64,000 bases of DNA from an uncultured Eubacteriales bacterium (lineage in GTDB: Bacteria > Bacillota > Clostridia > Oscillospirales > QAMX01): NCBI GenBank assembly GCA_934546935.1, contig CAKTEH010000001.1:44460-108459 (forward strand). Reading direction: 5' to 3'. Both the position numbers and the translations under genes were made by a program. The notes under the pieces are model-generated. The model had not been told where the DNA came from, did no database searches, and worked only from the letters and a program-made list of their open reading frames with translations. Positions 35,157-45,276 of the stretch are shown here, in pieces; within the stretch, counting starts at the first letter, position 1; every line of letters begins with the position of its first letter.

Positions 35157-37536
35157 GGGCGTTCACCTTGGCAGAGGCGATGAATTTTTTGATCTCCGGC
35201 ACAGATACGAATGTCTCCACGCCCTGCGTGCCGTCAATTATAAGTGTCGGAGCCTGACGAAGGTGGTAGCTGCGGGCAAGCGCTTCATTTTCCTCTACAT
35301 AAAGCTTTTCAAAGGCTATGCCGGCTTTCTCAAGCATGGAAACGGCAACCTTACAGTTTGGGCAGGTTTTGGTAGCAAAGAGCAGGATTTTTGCGTCCTG
35401 AATCTCTTCTTCAACCGGCTGCGGCTGCGCGTCGGGATTGCATACGCCCTCATGTTTGAGTACGGAAGTAGCGGGGTTATACTCCTTGCGCTGTTTATAT
35501 TCTTGGCTTTTTCCGTCATTCCAGTGCTGGATTGGACGATAATAACCAGTAATGCGGCTGTATACTTCGGTTTTTTCGCCACATTCAGGGCAGACGAACT
35601 GTTCGCCGGTCAGGTAGCCGTGATTGCGGCAGACGGAATAGGTTGGACTCATTGTATAGTAGGGAAGCTTGTAATTTTCAGCGATTTTACGCACCAGCGC
35701 GGCAGCGCTTTCCCAACTCGGAAGCTTCTCGCCGAGGAAAGCATGGAAAACGGTGCCGGAGGTATACCGGGTCTGCAGATCATCCTGGATATCCAGCGCA
35801 TCGAAAATGTCGGAGCTGAAGCTGACGGGCAGATGGGAAGAATTGGTATAATAGGGGGTGCCGCCTTTTTCCGCAGCGGTGATAATATCCGGGAAATCGG
35901 CGACGTCATGCTTGGCAAAACGGTAAGAGGTCGACTCAGCAGGCGTCGCCTCAAGGTTATACAGATCGCCGTAAAGCTCCTGATAGTCAGAAAGGCGTTC
36001 ACGCATATGATCCAGCACCTCCTTGGAGAACTGCTGGACGCGCGGGTCGGTCATATCTGCGCGCAGCCATTTTGCATTGAGGCCGGCTTCATTCATGCCG
36101 ACCAGGCCGATGGTAGAGAAGTGATTGTCGAAAGTGCCGAGGTAACGCTTGGTATACGGGTACAGCCCCGCATCCAAAAGCTTTGTGATTGTTGTACGCT
36201 TAACCTTTAGCGACCGCGCGGCGATGTCCATAATACGGTCGAGGCGGCGGTAGAAATCGGCTTCATCAGAGGCCAGGTAGGCAATGCGCGGCATATTGAC
36301 TGTGACAACGCCGATGGAACCAGTGCTTTCACCGCTTCCAAAGAAACCGCCGGATTTTTTACGCAGTTCACGCAGATCCAGACGCAGACGGCAGCACATG
36401 GAGCGTACGTCGCTGGGTTCCATATCAGAATTGATATAATTGGAGAAATACGGGGTACCGTATTTGGCAGTCATCTCGAACAGAAGCTTGTTATTTTCTG
36501 TTGGGGACCAGTCGAAATCGCGGGTGATGGAATAGGTCGGGATCGGATATTGGAACCCGCGGCCATTGGCATCGCCTTCAATCATGATTTCGATGAAAGC
36601 GCGGTTGACCATATCCATTTCCGCCTTGCAGTCGCGGTAGCAGAAATCCAGTTCTTTTCCGCCGACAATGCAAGGCTGGTCGGCGAGGTCGGCCGGAACT
36701 GTCCAGTCTAGGGTGATGTTGGAGAATGGCGACTGCGTTCCCCAGCGCGACGGGGTATTGACGCCGTAAACAAAAGACTGGATGCACTGTTTGACTTCCT
36801 TATAGGAAAGCTTGTCTACTTTTACAAACGGTGCAAGATAAGTGTCAAAGGAAGAAAATGCCTGTGCTCCCGCCCATTCGTTCTGCATGATGCCCAGGAA
36901 GTTAACCATCTGGTTGCACAGCGTCGACAGGTGACTGGCGGGGGAGGAGGTGATCTTGCCTGGAACGCCGCCGAGGCCTTCCTTAATTAATTGCCGGAGG
37001 CTCCAACCGGCGCAATAGCCTGTCAGCATCGACAGATCGTGCAGATGCAGGTCGCAATGGCGATGGGCATTGGCAATTTCATCGTCATAAATTTCGCTGA
37101 GCCAGTAATTGGCGGTGATGGCGCCGGAGTTGGAGAGGATGAGGCCGCCGACAGAATAGGTGACGGTGGAATTCTCCTTAACGCGCCAGTCGTTAAGGTT
37201 TACATAATTGTCAACAGTTGCTTTATAGTCAAGCAAAGTCGTGTTCAGATTGCGAAGCTTCTCCCGCTGGCGGCGGTAGAGGATATAAGCCTTGGCGACA
37301 TCGCCGTAGCCAGCCTGGATCAGCACAGATTCAACGCTGTCCTGGATATCCTCGACGGCAATGCAGTCATTTTCAATTTTAGGCTCAAAATCAGCCGTAA
37401 CCTTTAATGCGAGCAGGTCAATTACGCTGGAGTGATATTGTTTTTCCAGCGCTTCAAAAGCTTTGACAATTGCAGCGCTGATTTTACTGATATCAAAATC
37501 TACGGTTTTTCCGTCTCGTTTTACAACGCGGTACAT
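35149..37536 (-). CDS. nrdD: Anaerobic (class III) ribonucleoside-triphosphate reductase with C-terminal thioredoxin/glutaredoxin-like CxxC domain
   Basis: 795 aa. N-terminal ATP-cone (VVKRDGKTVDFDISKI); Zn ribbon CRNHGY...CPECG; glycyl-radical motif SRITGYYRP. An extra ~100 aa follows, containing KILLFATKTCPNCKVA...APTLIIDG. Confidence 0.9.
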   Translation of the reverse strand: MYRVVKRDGKTVDFDISKISAAIVKAFEALEKQYHSSVIDLLALKVTADFEPKIENDCIAVEDIQDSVESVLIQAGYGDVAKAYILYRRQREKLRNLNTTLLDYKATVDNYVNLNDWRVKENSTVTYSVGGLILSNSGAITANYWLSEIYDDEIANAHRHCDLHLHDLSMLTGYCAGWSLRQLIKEGLGGVPGKITSSPASHLSTLCNQMVNFLGIMQNEWAGAQAFSSFDTYLAPFVKVDKLSYKEVKQCIQSFVYGVNTPSRWGTQSPFSNITLDWTVPADLADQPCIVGGKELDFCYRDCKAEMDMVNRAFIEIMIEGDANGRGFQYPIPTYSITRDFDWSPTENNKLLFEMTAKYGTPYFSNYINSDMEPSDVRSMCCRLRLDLRELRKKSGGFFGSGESTGSIGVVTVNMPRIAYLASDEADFYRRLDRIMDIAARSLKVKRTTITKLLDAGLYPYTKRYLGTFDNHFSTIGLVGMNEAGLNAKWLRADMTDPRVQQFSKEVLDHMRERLSDYQELYGDLYNLEATPAESTSYRFAKHDVADFPDIITAAEKGGTPYYTNSSHLPVSFSSDIFDALDIQDDLQTRYTSGTVFHAFLGEKLPSWESAAALVRKIAENYKLPYYTMSPTYSVCRNHGYLTGEQFVCPECGEKTEVYSRITGYYRPIQHWNDGKSQEYKQRKEYNPATSVLKHEGVCNPDAQPQPVEEEIQDAKILLFATKTCPNCKVAVSMLEKAGIAFEKLYVEENEALARSYHLRQAPTLIIDGTQGVETFVSVPEIKKFIASAKVNAHA

Positions 37537-37581
37537 AAGCGGGGACCTCCTTAAGCGTCAATCAGAATATGAGCTGAGATG

Positions 37582-37610
37582 ATTATACTATAGATCGGGG
37601 AAAAAAGCAA
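37582..37610 (-). promoter_or_regulatory. Sigma-A promoter between nrdG and nrdD
   Basis: On the minus strand: TTGCTT, 17 nt, TATAAT, ~45 nt upstream of the nrdD ATG (RBS AAGGAGG). Confidence 0.55.
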
Positions 37611-37618
37611 GAGGGAAT

Positions 37619-37634
37619 GCACAATATATTGTGT
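37619..37634. promoter_or_regulatory. NrdR-box-like palindrome
   Basis: ACACAATATATTGTGC (minus strand) fits the NrdR box consensus acaCwAtATaTwGtgt as I recall it. It lies 8 nt upstream of the -35 element. Confidence 0.55.
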
Positions 37635-37665
37635 TAAATTTAAACTTGGCATACAAGATGATGAA

Positions 37666-38355
37666 TCATATGCCGCGGAGCTGTGTGTTGGGAACGACTG
37701 TGCGTGCAGCCTCGGCCATAGCGTGCATCTGTTGGGGCGTACAGGCGGAGAGACCGGGGGCAATCAGGGCCCCGGAGTCCACGAAGCATTGGAGAAAATA
37801 GCGTTTTGCACCCCGGATCAGTTCTGCTGCCTGCCGGATCGACTGTGTTGTGTGGAAGCCGGAGACAATGGTGGTACGGAACTCATAATCAGGTGCCTGT
37901 TCCAGAATCAGCGCGATGCTGCTGCGGATCTGATCAAAGTCGACAGCAGTCCCCGCGGTTTTTTCATAAAGCGCCTGTGAATTTTTAATGTCCATTGCTA
38001 CGTAATCGAGAAGCCCGTCCTTTAAAAGCATTGCAAGCCGGTCCGGGAATGCGCCGTTGGTGTCAAGCTTAACAGCAAAGCCTCGCGAACGGATGGCACG
38101 CAGGAATGCGTCCAGTTCCGGCTGCAGCAGCGGTTCGCCGCCTGTAATGCATACGCCGTCCAGTACGCCCTTTCTTTTATCCAGAAAGCGAAAGAATTCG
38201 TCCTCTTCAATCTGCGCGGTTGCGCCTGGATTCAACACAAGCCCCGCGTTATGGCAAAAAGGGCAGCGGAAGTTGCAGCCGCCGAAAAACACGGTGCAGG
38301 CCACGCGTCCCGGGTAGTCCAGCAGCGTCAGTTTGGCAAGCCCTTGCAGTTTCAT
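37666..38355 (-). CDS. nrdG: Anaerobic ribonucleotide reductase activating protein (radical SAM)
   Basis: CNFRCPFCHN cluster motif and GVCITGGEPLLQ. Confidence 0.9.
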   Translation of the reverse strand: MKLQGLAKLTLLDYPGRVACTVFFGGCNFRCPFCHNAGLVLNPGATAQIEEDEFFRFLDKRKGVLDGVCITGGEPLLQPELDAFLRAIRSRGFAVKLDTNGAFPDRLAMLLKDGLLDYVAMDIKNSQALYEKTAGTAVDFDQIRSSIALILEQAPDYEFRTTIVSGFHTTQSIRQAAELIRGAKRYFLQCFVDSGALIAPGLSACTPQQMHAMAEAARTVVPNTQLRGI

Positions 38356-38550
38356 ATGGAATCTCCCTGGAAATTGTTGTGAATTCTCAAAGCTTGCTTA
38401 TCATATCATATCTAGTTGAAAAAAGCAAGTGCGGATACAAGATGTGGTAGTTGCGCTTTTTTATGCATATATACGTACAAAGAAATAAAATAATAGTTGC
38501 GGTGTGTCCGCCGTGTGCCCTGCATATGTTTATTATTCCCGGTACGGCAC

Positions 38551-38582
38551 AAAGAAATCCCGGAAATCAGGATTTCCGGGAT
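38551..38582 (-). terminator. Terminator after the WG-repeat gene
   Basis: ATCCCGGAAA tcagga TTTCCGGGAT, followed on the minus strand by TTCTTT. Confidence 0.55.
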
Positions 38583-38654
38583 GCGCCAGAGAAAACAATT
38601 CTTTAACAGGATTCGATTATTTATACGTTTGCAGAAAACGGGCAATGAAATTTT

Positions 38655-40097
38655 TTAATCCCGTATTCTCCTTCGGGAAGAAATCACGGCAGCCGGAGCT
38701 GCAGCGGGTTTTTTCCGATGTATACGGCGGCGCTTGCGCGCAGATTGCAGGCTCAGGCGGATTACAGCGCAGAAAATGCTGTAAAGAATGATAAAACCGG
38801 CGATTCCCATGGCGATATAGGAGACAATACCGCGCTTCTTTTCCTGCTTCGTTTCCGCTTTGATGAAGGGTTTCAATGCTGTATTTTCCACTTCTTTGCC
38901 ATCGGAAGGGCGTTCTTCACCTGCAGCGTAGTAGATTTTCAGCTTTCCGGTATCATCTGTGATTGCATAGACGTTCTGAAGCACGACGAGCGCACTGTTG
39001 GAAGAAAAATCAGAAACCGTTTCGTAAACACAGGGAATGACCTGGGCCCCGAGCGTATCAATAAACCCCCACAGCCCGTCTGTGCATACCGCGGCCCGGC
39101 CGTCGGAGAAGTCACGCGCATCTTTATAGGTGACGGTTTCGCTGACCGGCGTTCCGGAAGCATTCAGATAAGTATAGTTAAAATCTGGGACATAGCCGCT
39201 GTATACGTAGCTGGTGGGAAGAGTTTCCCCATCGGGGAGCTTGGCGACCCGGGCAAAACCGCCCTGATAAGGTGCGGCGAAATCCCAGATAAATTCTGAG
39301 GCAGTATTTCCCTGAAAATCAATATATCCCCATTTTCCATCTTTCTTTACGGCAATTTTGCCGCCTGACGGCGTCCCTGCATCCTCCCAGACCGGCTGGA
39401 TAACAACGGCGCCGGACTCGTTGACAAAACCGTACAGCGTACTGCCGGATTCGGTGGTTGTGCTGATTTTTGCCAACCCTTCATATATATCCGAGCATAC
39501 GCCTGAGTAGATAACCTCGCCTTCGACGCTGATGAGCTGTCCCACGCCGCCGGAAACCACATAGGCTGCATTTTCCGTAAAATCATATGCTTCATCATAC
39601 TGCGCAGTAATGAAAAACTGCCCGGTATAATCGATATATCCGTAAAGGCTTTCTTCGCTGACGGCTATAAAACCGTTTTTTGCGTCGCGCGCGTCGGTCC
39701 ATTTTGCTTCCGTAATGATCTGCCCATTTTTATCCACGAAACCATAATAATCGCCGCGTTTGAAACGGGCGATGCCGTCGGAAAACGGAAAGACCGCATC
39801 ACAACTCAGCGTAAACAGAATTTGACCTGTTTTGTCGATGCACCGCCATCCAAGGCCGTCCTTGACAAATGCCAGCCCTTCTGAAAACGGACCGGCTTGC
39901 GTATACTGGCAGCCGATAGCCAGGTTGTCCGCGCTGTCGATATAGCCCCAGAGGCCGGAAACCTTCACTGCAGCCATACCGTCTTGGAATACAAGATTTT
40001 CATGAACAGAAACATTTTCAAAGCTTTCGGTTACAGCAAATGCCGATGCGGAGAAAATAAAAAAAGCGCCGATGGCGCAGAGAAATTTTTTAAACAT
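38655..40097 (-). CDS. WG-repeat (KWG) protein with signal peptide and C-terminal membrane anchor
   Basis: The motif recurs many times: LWGYIDSADN, YGFVDKNGQ, YGYIDYTGQ, YGFVNESGA, KWGYIDFQGN, LWGFIDTLGA. N-terminal signal MFKKFLCAIGAFFIFSASAFA; C-terminal TM plus an RKRRRIHRKK tail. Confidence 0.8.
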   Translation of the reverse strand: MFKKFLCAIGAFFIFSASAFAVTESFENVSVHENLVFQDGMAAVKVSGLWGYIDSADNLAIGCQYTQAGPFSEGLAFVKDGLGWRCIDKTGQILFTLSCDAVFPFSDGIARFKRGDYYGFVDKNGQIITEAKWTDARDAKNGFIAVSEESLYGYIDYTGQFFITAQYDEAYDFTENAAYVVSGGVGQLISVEGEVIYSGVCSDIYEGLAKISTTTESGSTLYGFVNESGAVVIQPVWEDAGTPSGGKIAVKKDGKWGYIDFQGNTASEFIWDFAAPYQGGFARVAKLPDGETLPTSYVYSGYVPDFNYTYLNASGTPVSETVTYKDARDFSDGRAAVCTDGLWGFIDTLGAQVIPCVYETVSDFSSNSALVVLQNVYAITDDTGKLKIYYAAGEERPSDGKEVENTALKPFIKAETKQEKKRGIVSYIAMGIAGFIILYSIFCAVIRLSLQSARKRRRIHRKKPAAAPAAVISSRRRIRD

Positions 40098-40247
40098 ACA
40101 ATCGCCCCCTTTTTTATTTTAACAATGAAAAGAAGGAATGTCAATAAAACACTGGAAAGCCTGGGAAAAAGATGGTATGATAATGACGGTATACCTCAGC
40201 CCATCTGGATGGCAGAAGCAAACGGAAAAGGACGAAACAAAGAACAT

Positions 40248-41111
40248 ATGAAGGAATTGCTGCACAGAATAGAAAATTCGAGATGGATGCAAACGCCGTT
40301 TGCCGGCTTTGTCCGCAACTGCATCGAGGATAAAATCGGCCGTTCCAGCGCGGCGCTTGCGTATTATTTCCTGTTTTCTTTTTTTCCGCTGATTTTATTT
40401 GTTGGATTGCTGCTGTCCGGGCTGAGTGAAAATGCCGACGTTACTCAGCTGCTCTCTAACCGGATGATTCCCACTGAGGTTATTGATACCATTATTTCGC
40501 TGCTGGATTACAGCTCGGAATTGGGCCGCAATACGCTGATGTTTGCCGGGGTAGTTATGTCGCTTTACGGCGGCTCGCGTGCGGTAGCCTGCCTTTCGGA
40601 ATCGATTAACCGCAGCTATAACCTCACGGAAACCCGCCATCCGGTTATACAGTTTCTGATTAATCTGGCATTTTCCGCGTTGTTCCTGGTCGCATTGTCG
40701 GTAACTTTAGTTGTTGTTGTCTCTACCCCGGATTTCCTGGGCGCTTTGGAGCGCATTTTTGGTATCGGCGGCTGGTTTGTCGACGTCTGGGGTTACCTCC
40801 GTTTTATCTTGATTCTTGTGATTTTTTTGGTGCTGCTGGTGATTCTGTATTCTGTGGTGCCAAACCGGCGCATTAAATTCCGGCAGGCCCTGCCTGGCGC
40901 GGCGGCGGCCTCGCTGGGATGGGTGGCAGTTTCCGCAGCATTTTCTCTGTATGTCAGTAATATGGCGCGTTACAGCCTGCTTTATGGCTCAATCGGCGCG
41001 GTTGTTGTGCTGATGCTTTGGCTTTATTTTACCGGCGTTGTACTTATTGCCGGCGCGGAATTTAACCATACGGTCATGCAGCTGCATGCGCGTCGTAAAA
41101 AAGAAATCTGA
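40248..41111 (+). CDS. YihY/BrkB-family inner membrane protein
   Basis: ORF 39897..41111; its 5' third overlaps the convergent WG gene. AALAYYFLFSFFPLILF and later LLYGSIGAVVVLMLWLYFTGVVLIAGAEFN are family hallmarks. The start is uncertain (40248 preferred; 40125 possible). Confidence 0.75.
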   Translation: MKELLHRIENSRWMQTPFAGFVRNCIEDKIGRSSAALAYYFLFSFFPLILFVGLLLSGLSENADVTQLLSNRMIPTEVIDTIISLLDYSSELGRNTLMFAGVVMSLYGGSRAVACLSESINRSYNLTETRHPVIQFLINLAFSALFLVALSVTLVVVVSTPDFLGALERIFGIGGWFVDVWGYLRFILILVIFLVLLVILYSVVPNRRIKFRQALPGAAAASLGWVAVSAAFSLYVSNMARYSLLYGSIGAVVVLMLWLYFTGVVLIAGAEFNHTVMQLHARRKKEI

Positions 41112-41407
41112 AAGTTGAGGTTTGCTGTTTTGCACACCATGCGTGTTGTGTTATGTGCGCAGCGCATGGCGGCTATATCAAAACATAAAGGCGGGGAATT
41201 TGCTTTCAAAACCATTTTTGAACTGAAAAGGTAAATAATTATTCGAGTTTTGTTTTTAAATCAAAGATTTTGGAGCAGTTACACACAAATAAGGAATATT
41301 TATGCAGCCAGAAAATAAAAGAGTATAAATATATACAATCGTTTGCGTATTTTGTGTTTTAAATCTGTTTTTTTCTTACAATCCCTCGCTTTTACCGGTA
41401 TTTTTCC

Positions 41408-41434
41408 TTGACAATATCTAGTCGCTGTTATAAA
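41408..41434 (+). promoter_or_regulatory. Candidate gdhA promoter
   Basis: TTGACA, 15 nt, TGtTATAAA (extended -10), ~65 nt upstream of the gdhA ATG. The spacer is short. Confidence 0.35.
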
Positions 41435-41449
41435 CTGAAATGGTATTAG

Positions 41450-42847
<1,398 letters not shown>

Positions 42848-42885
42848 GTCTCGAAAATACACATTGGAACTTTAAACAGTACATG

Positions 42886-42921
42886 AAGAAGACGGAGCAT
42901 CGTGCACCGTCTTCTTTTTTT
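42886..42921 (+). terminator. gdhA terminator
   Basis: AAGAAGACGG agcatcgtgca CCGTCTTCTT followed by TTTTT. Confidence 0.8.
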
Positions 42922-43021
42922 GCTGTGTATCCTGCTGCCGGCATTTAATCTTCTCAGCTTGCTTGTGACGCGGGTTTTACAAATATCCTGCCGTGGATGC
43001 TAAGGTTTTCCGGCAGGGGGG

Positions 43022-43050
43022 TTTCGCCGTATGTGGGATTGTGCTATAAT
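43022..43050 (+). promoter_or_regulatory. Candidate promoter of the trkH-trkA operon (extended -10)
   Basis: TGcTATAAT at 43042-43050 with a weak -35 (TTTCGC). It leaves a ~105-nt leader before the trkH ATG. Confidence 0.4.
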
Positions 43051-43161
43051 AATCAGGAATACGCGGGGGATTCAGGCTCCTGCTAAACTCTGCGGGCGTG
43101 CCTGCATAGCTGCGGAAGAAAACGTTCCCGCAAATATCGGATTTGGTTTTGGGGGTTATCC

Positions 43162-44487
43162 ATGAAAAAAAGGCTGTCTTATCTGCAAATCATCGCCCTG
43201 GGATATTTCCTCATAATTACTTCGGGGACCCTGCTTTTGATGCTGCCGCCGGCTTCCGCCGCTCCCGGCGGAGCGGATTTCCGTACTGCTCTTTTCACGG
43301 CGACATCAGCATCCTGTGTTACCGGGCTGGTTTTGTGCGACACCGCGACAAGCTGGACAGCGTTTGGGCAGGGCGTGATTCTGTGCCTTATCCAGATCGG
43401 CGGACTGGGTTTCATGACTTTTGCTACCTTGTTCTACATCCTGCTGCGCCGGAAGATGGGGTTGCGGGAGCGTTCGGTTATGGTAGAAAGTATCAATACC
43501 ACACAAATCGGCGGAATCCTGAACCTGACCAGGAAAATTGTAATCGGTACGCTGTTTTTTGAAAGCTTTGGCGCGCTACTGCTTTCCATCCGGTTTATTC
43601 CGCGCATGGGCTTTGCGCGGGGTGTCTGGTATGGGGTTTTTCATGCAGTTTCCGCATTCTGCAACGCCGGTTTCGACCTGATGGGCGTATACGACGGTGC
43701 TTATGCTTCTTTTGTCGGCTACTCTGGAGACTGGCTGGTCAACCTTGTGCTGATGGCTCTGATTACGGTCGGCGGGCTTGGCTTTCTGGTTTGGGACGAC
43801 TTGTCGTGCAAAAAATTTCATTTCCGCCGCTATGCCCTGCAGACCAAGCTTGTGCTTTCTGTTTCTGCCATCCTGACCTTTGGCGGCGCGCTGCTTCTCT
43901 TCTTTTTTGAACCGCAGGGCAATTTGTCCTTTGATGAGCGGGTGCTGACTTCGCTGTTCGGATCTGTTACAGCCCGGACCGCCGGCTTTAATACCATAGA
44001 CACCGCTGCAATGAGCAGCGGCGGTAAGCTACTGACTATGATTCTGATGTTTATTGGCGGCAGCCCTGGTTCTACAGCCGGCGGCGTAAAGACAACGACG
44101 TTGGCCGTGCTGCTGCTTCATACGTTTGCCGGGATCCGCCATGAGCAGAGCGCGGGGGCCTTCGGGCGCAGCCTTGGCGAGGAAACGCTGAAGAAAGCGG
44201 CCAGTGTGTTTTTTGTCAATCTTCTGCTTGCATTGACAGGCACGCTTGCGATCTGTATGATTCAACCGCTGGCGCTGGAAGATGTGCTGTTTGAATGTTT
44301 TTCCGCCATTGGTACTGTTGGGATGACAACCGGGGTTACCCGGGCGCTCGCGCCATCATCAAGCTTTATTATCGCGTTTCTCATGTTCTGCGGCCGGGTG
44401 GGCAGCATCTCGTTTGCCGTCGCGTTGTTGGAAAAACGGGCCCGGCCGCCGGTACGCCGTCCAACGGAACAAATTACGATCGGATAG
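43162..44487 (+). CDS. trkH: Trk/Ktr-type potassium uptake membrane subunit
   Basis: 441 aa, multi-TM, with four pore-loop-like glycine motifs: SCVTGL, FCNAGFD, RTAGFNT, GTVGMTTG. Confidence 0.88.
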   Translation: MKKRLSYLQIIALGYFLIITSGTLLLMLPPASAAPGGADFRTALFTATSASCVTGLVLCDTATSWTAFGQGVILCLIQIGGLGFMTFATLFYILLRRKMGLRERSVMVESINTTQIGGILNLTRKIVIGTLFFESFGALLLSIRFIPRMGFARGVWYGVFHAVSAFCNAGFDLMGVYDGAYASFVGYSGDWLVNLVLMALITVGGLGFLVWDDLSCKKFHFRRYALQTKLVLSVSAILTFGGALLLFFFEPQGNLSFDERVLTSLFGSVTARTAGFNTIDTAAMSSGGKLLTMILMFIGGSPGSTAGGVKTTTLAVLLLHTFAGIRHEQSAGAFGRSLGEETLKKAASVFFVNLLLALTGTLAICMIQPLALEDVLFECFSAIGTVGMTTGVTRALAPSSSFIIAFLMFCGRVGSISFAVALLEKRARPPVRRPTEQITIG

Positions 44488-44502
44488 GGAGGAATTGGGG
44501 AT

Positions 44503-45147
44503 ATGAAAACATTTTTAATTGTGGGTATGGGAACTTTTGGCCATCATCTGTGCCGCTGCCTGTCCCAGTATAAGTGCGAGATTATGATCGTCGATGCGGA
44601 AGCGTCGCGGGTTGAGGACATGCTTCCTTATGTGGCCAGTGCAAAAGTCGGGGACTGCACGAACCCGGCAGTACTGCAGAGCTTCGATATTCCCAGCTTC
44701 GACGCCTGTTTTGTATGTATTGGGGAAAATTTCCAGAACAGCCTGGAGGTAACGAGCCGGCTGAAAGAAGCAGGGGCGAAAAAGGTCTTTTCCAAAGCGG
44801 AAGAGGATATCCAGGCGAAATTTTTGCTTCGCTGTGGCGCTGACGAAGTGATTTATCCAGAGCAGGATGTTGCCCGGCGCGTTGCCGCGCGGGAAAGCTC
44901 GGACAGTATTTTTGATTATTTTGAGGTTGCCCGCGATTGTGCGATTTATGAGATTGAAGTCAATCCCAAATGGGTCGGTAAAACGATCAGCCAGATTGAC
45001 GTGCGCCGTAAGTATAAGATCTCCATTGTTGCATTAAAGGCGCAGGATAAGGTTCAGCTGGTTACTACCGCGGATTATACATTCCGTTCCGGCGACCACC
45101 TTCTTGTCCTGGGTTCGAATGAGGATATTCAGCGTGTAATCCGCTGA
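44503..45147 (+). CDS. trkA: Trk/Ktr potassium uptake regulatory subunit (RCK: TrkA-N plus TrkA-C)
   Basis: IVGMGTFGHHL Rossmann GxGxxG, and a C-terminal TrkA-C-like segment (...GKTISQIDVRRKYKISIVALK...GDHLLVLG). Confidence 0.88.
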   Translation: MKTFLIVGMGTFGHHLCRCLSQYKCEIMIVDAEASRVEDMLPYVASAKVGDCTNPAVLQSFDIPSFDACFVCIGENFQNSLEVTSRLKEAGAKKVFSKAEEDIQAKFLLRCGADEVIYPEQDVARRVAARESSDSIFDYFEVARDCAIYEIEVNPKWVGKTISQIDVRRKYKISIVALKAQDKVQLVTTADYTFRSGDHLLVLGSNEDIQRVIR

Positions 45148-45192
45148 AGAAAACGGTTTTCGGAATCCTGACGCACAGCGATAAAAGAAAAA

Positions 45193-45226
45193 AGCGCCCC
45201 GATGCAGAAATGCATCGGGACGCTTT
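45193..45226. terminator. Bidirectional terminator between trkA (+) and recG (-)
   Basis: AGCGCCCCGATGCA gaaa TGCATCGGGACGCT with one mismatch, flanked by A-run and T-run. Confidence 0.65.
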
Positions 45227-45276
45227 GTATATTCCCAGGTTTTATATCTGAAAGATATGCCTGCAAGGCAGGATAT

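Noticed and set aside
35137-36210. 357-aa plus-strand ORF inside nrdD. The same applies to similar antisense ORFs at 52506-53756, 1545-2411, 11580-12362 and 3786-4646.
   Set aside because: All are antisense to genes with strong family signatures and show no motifs of their own.
37581-37596. A second NrdR box (GATCTATAGTATAATC on the minus strand) overlapping the -10 of the nrdD promoter
   Set aside because: Only one half matches the consensus. The centre-to-centre distance to the good box is ~38 bp rather than the usual ~31-32 bp.
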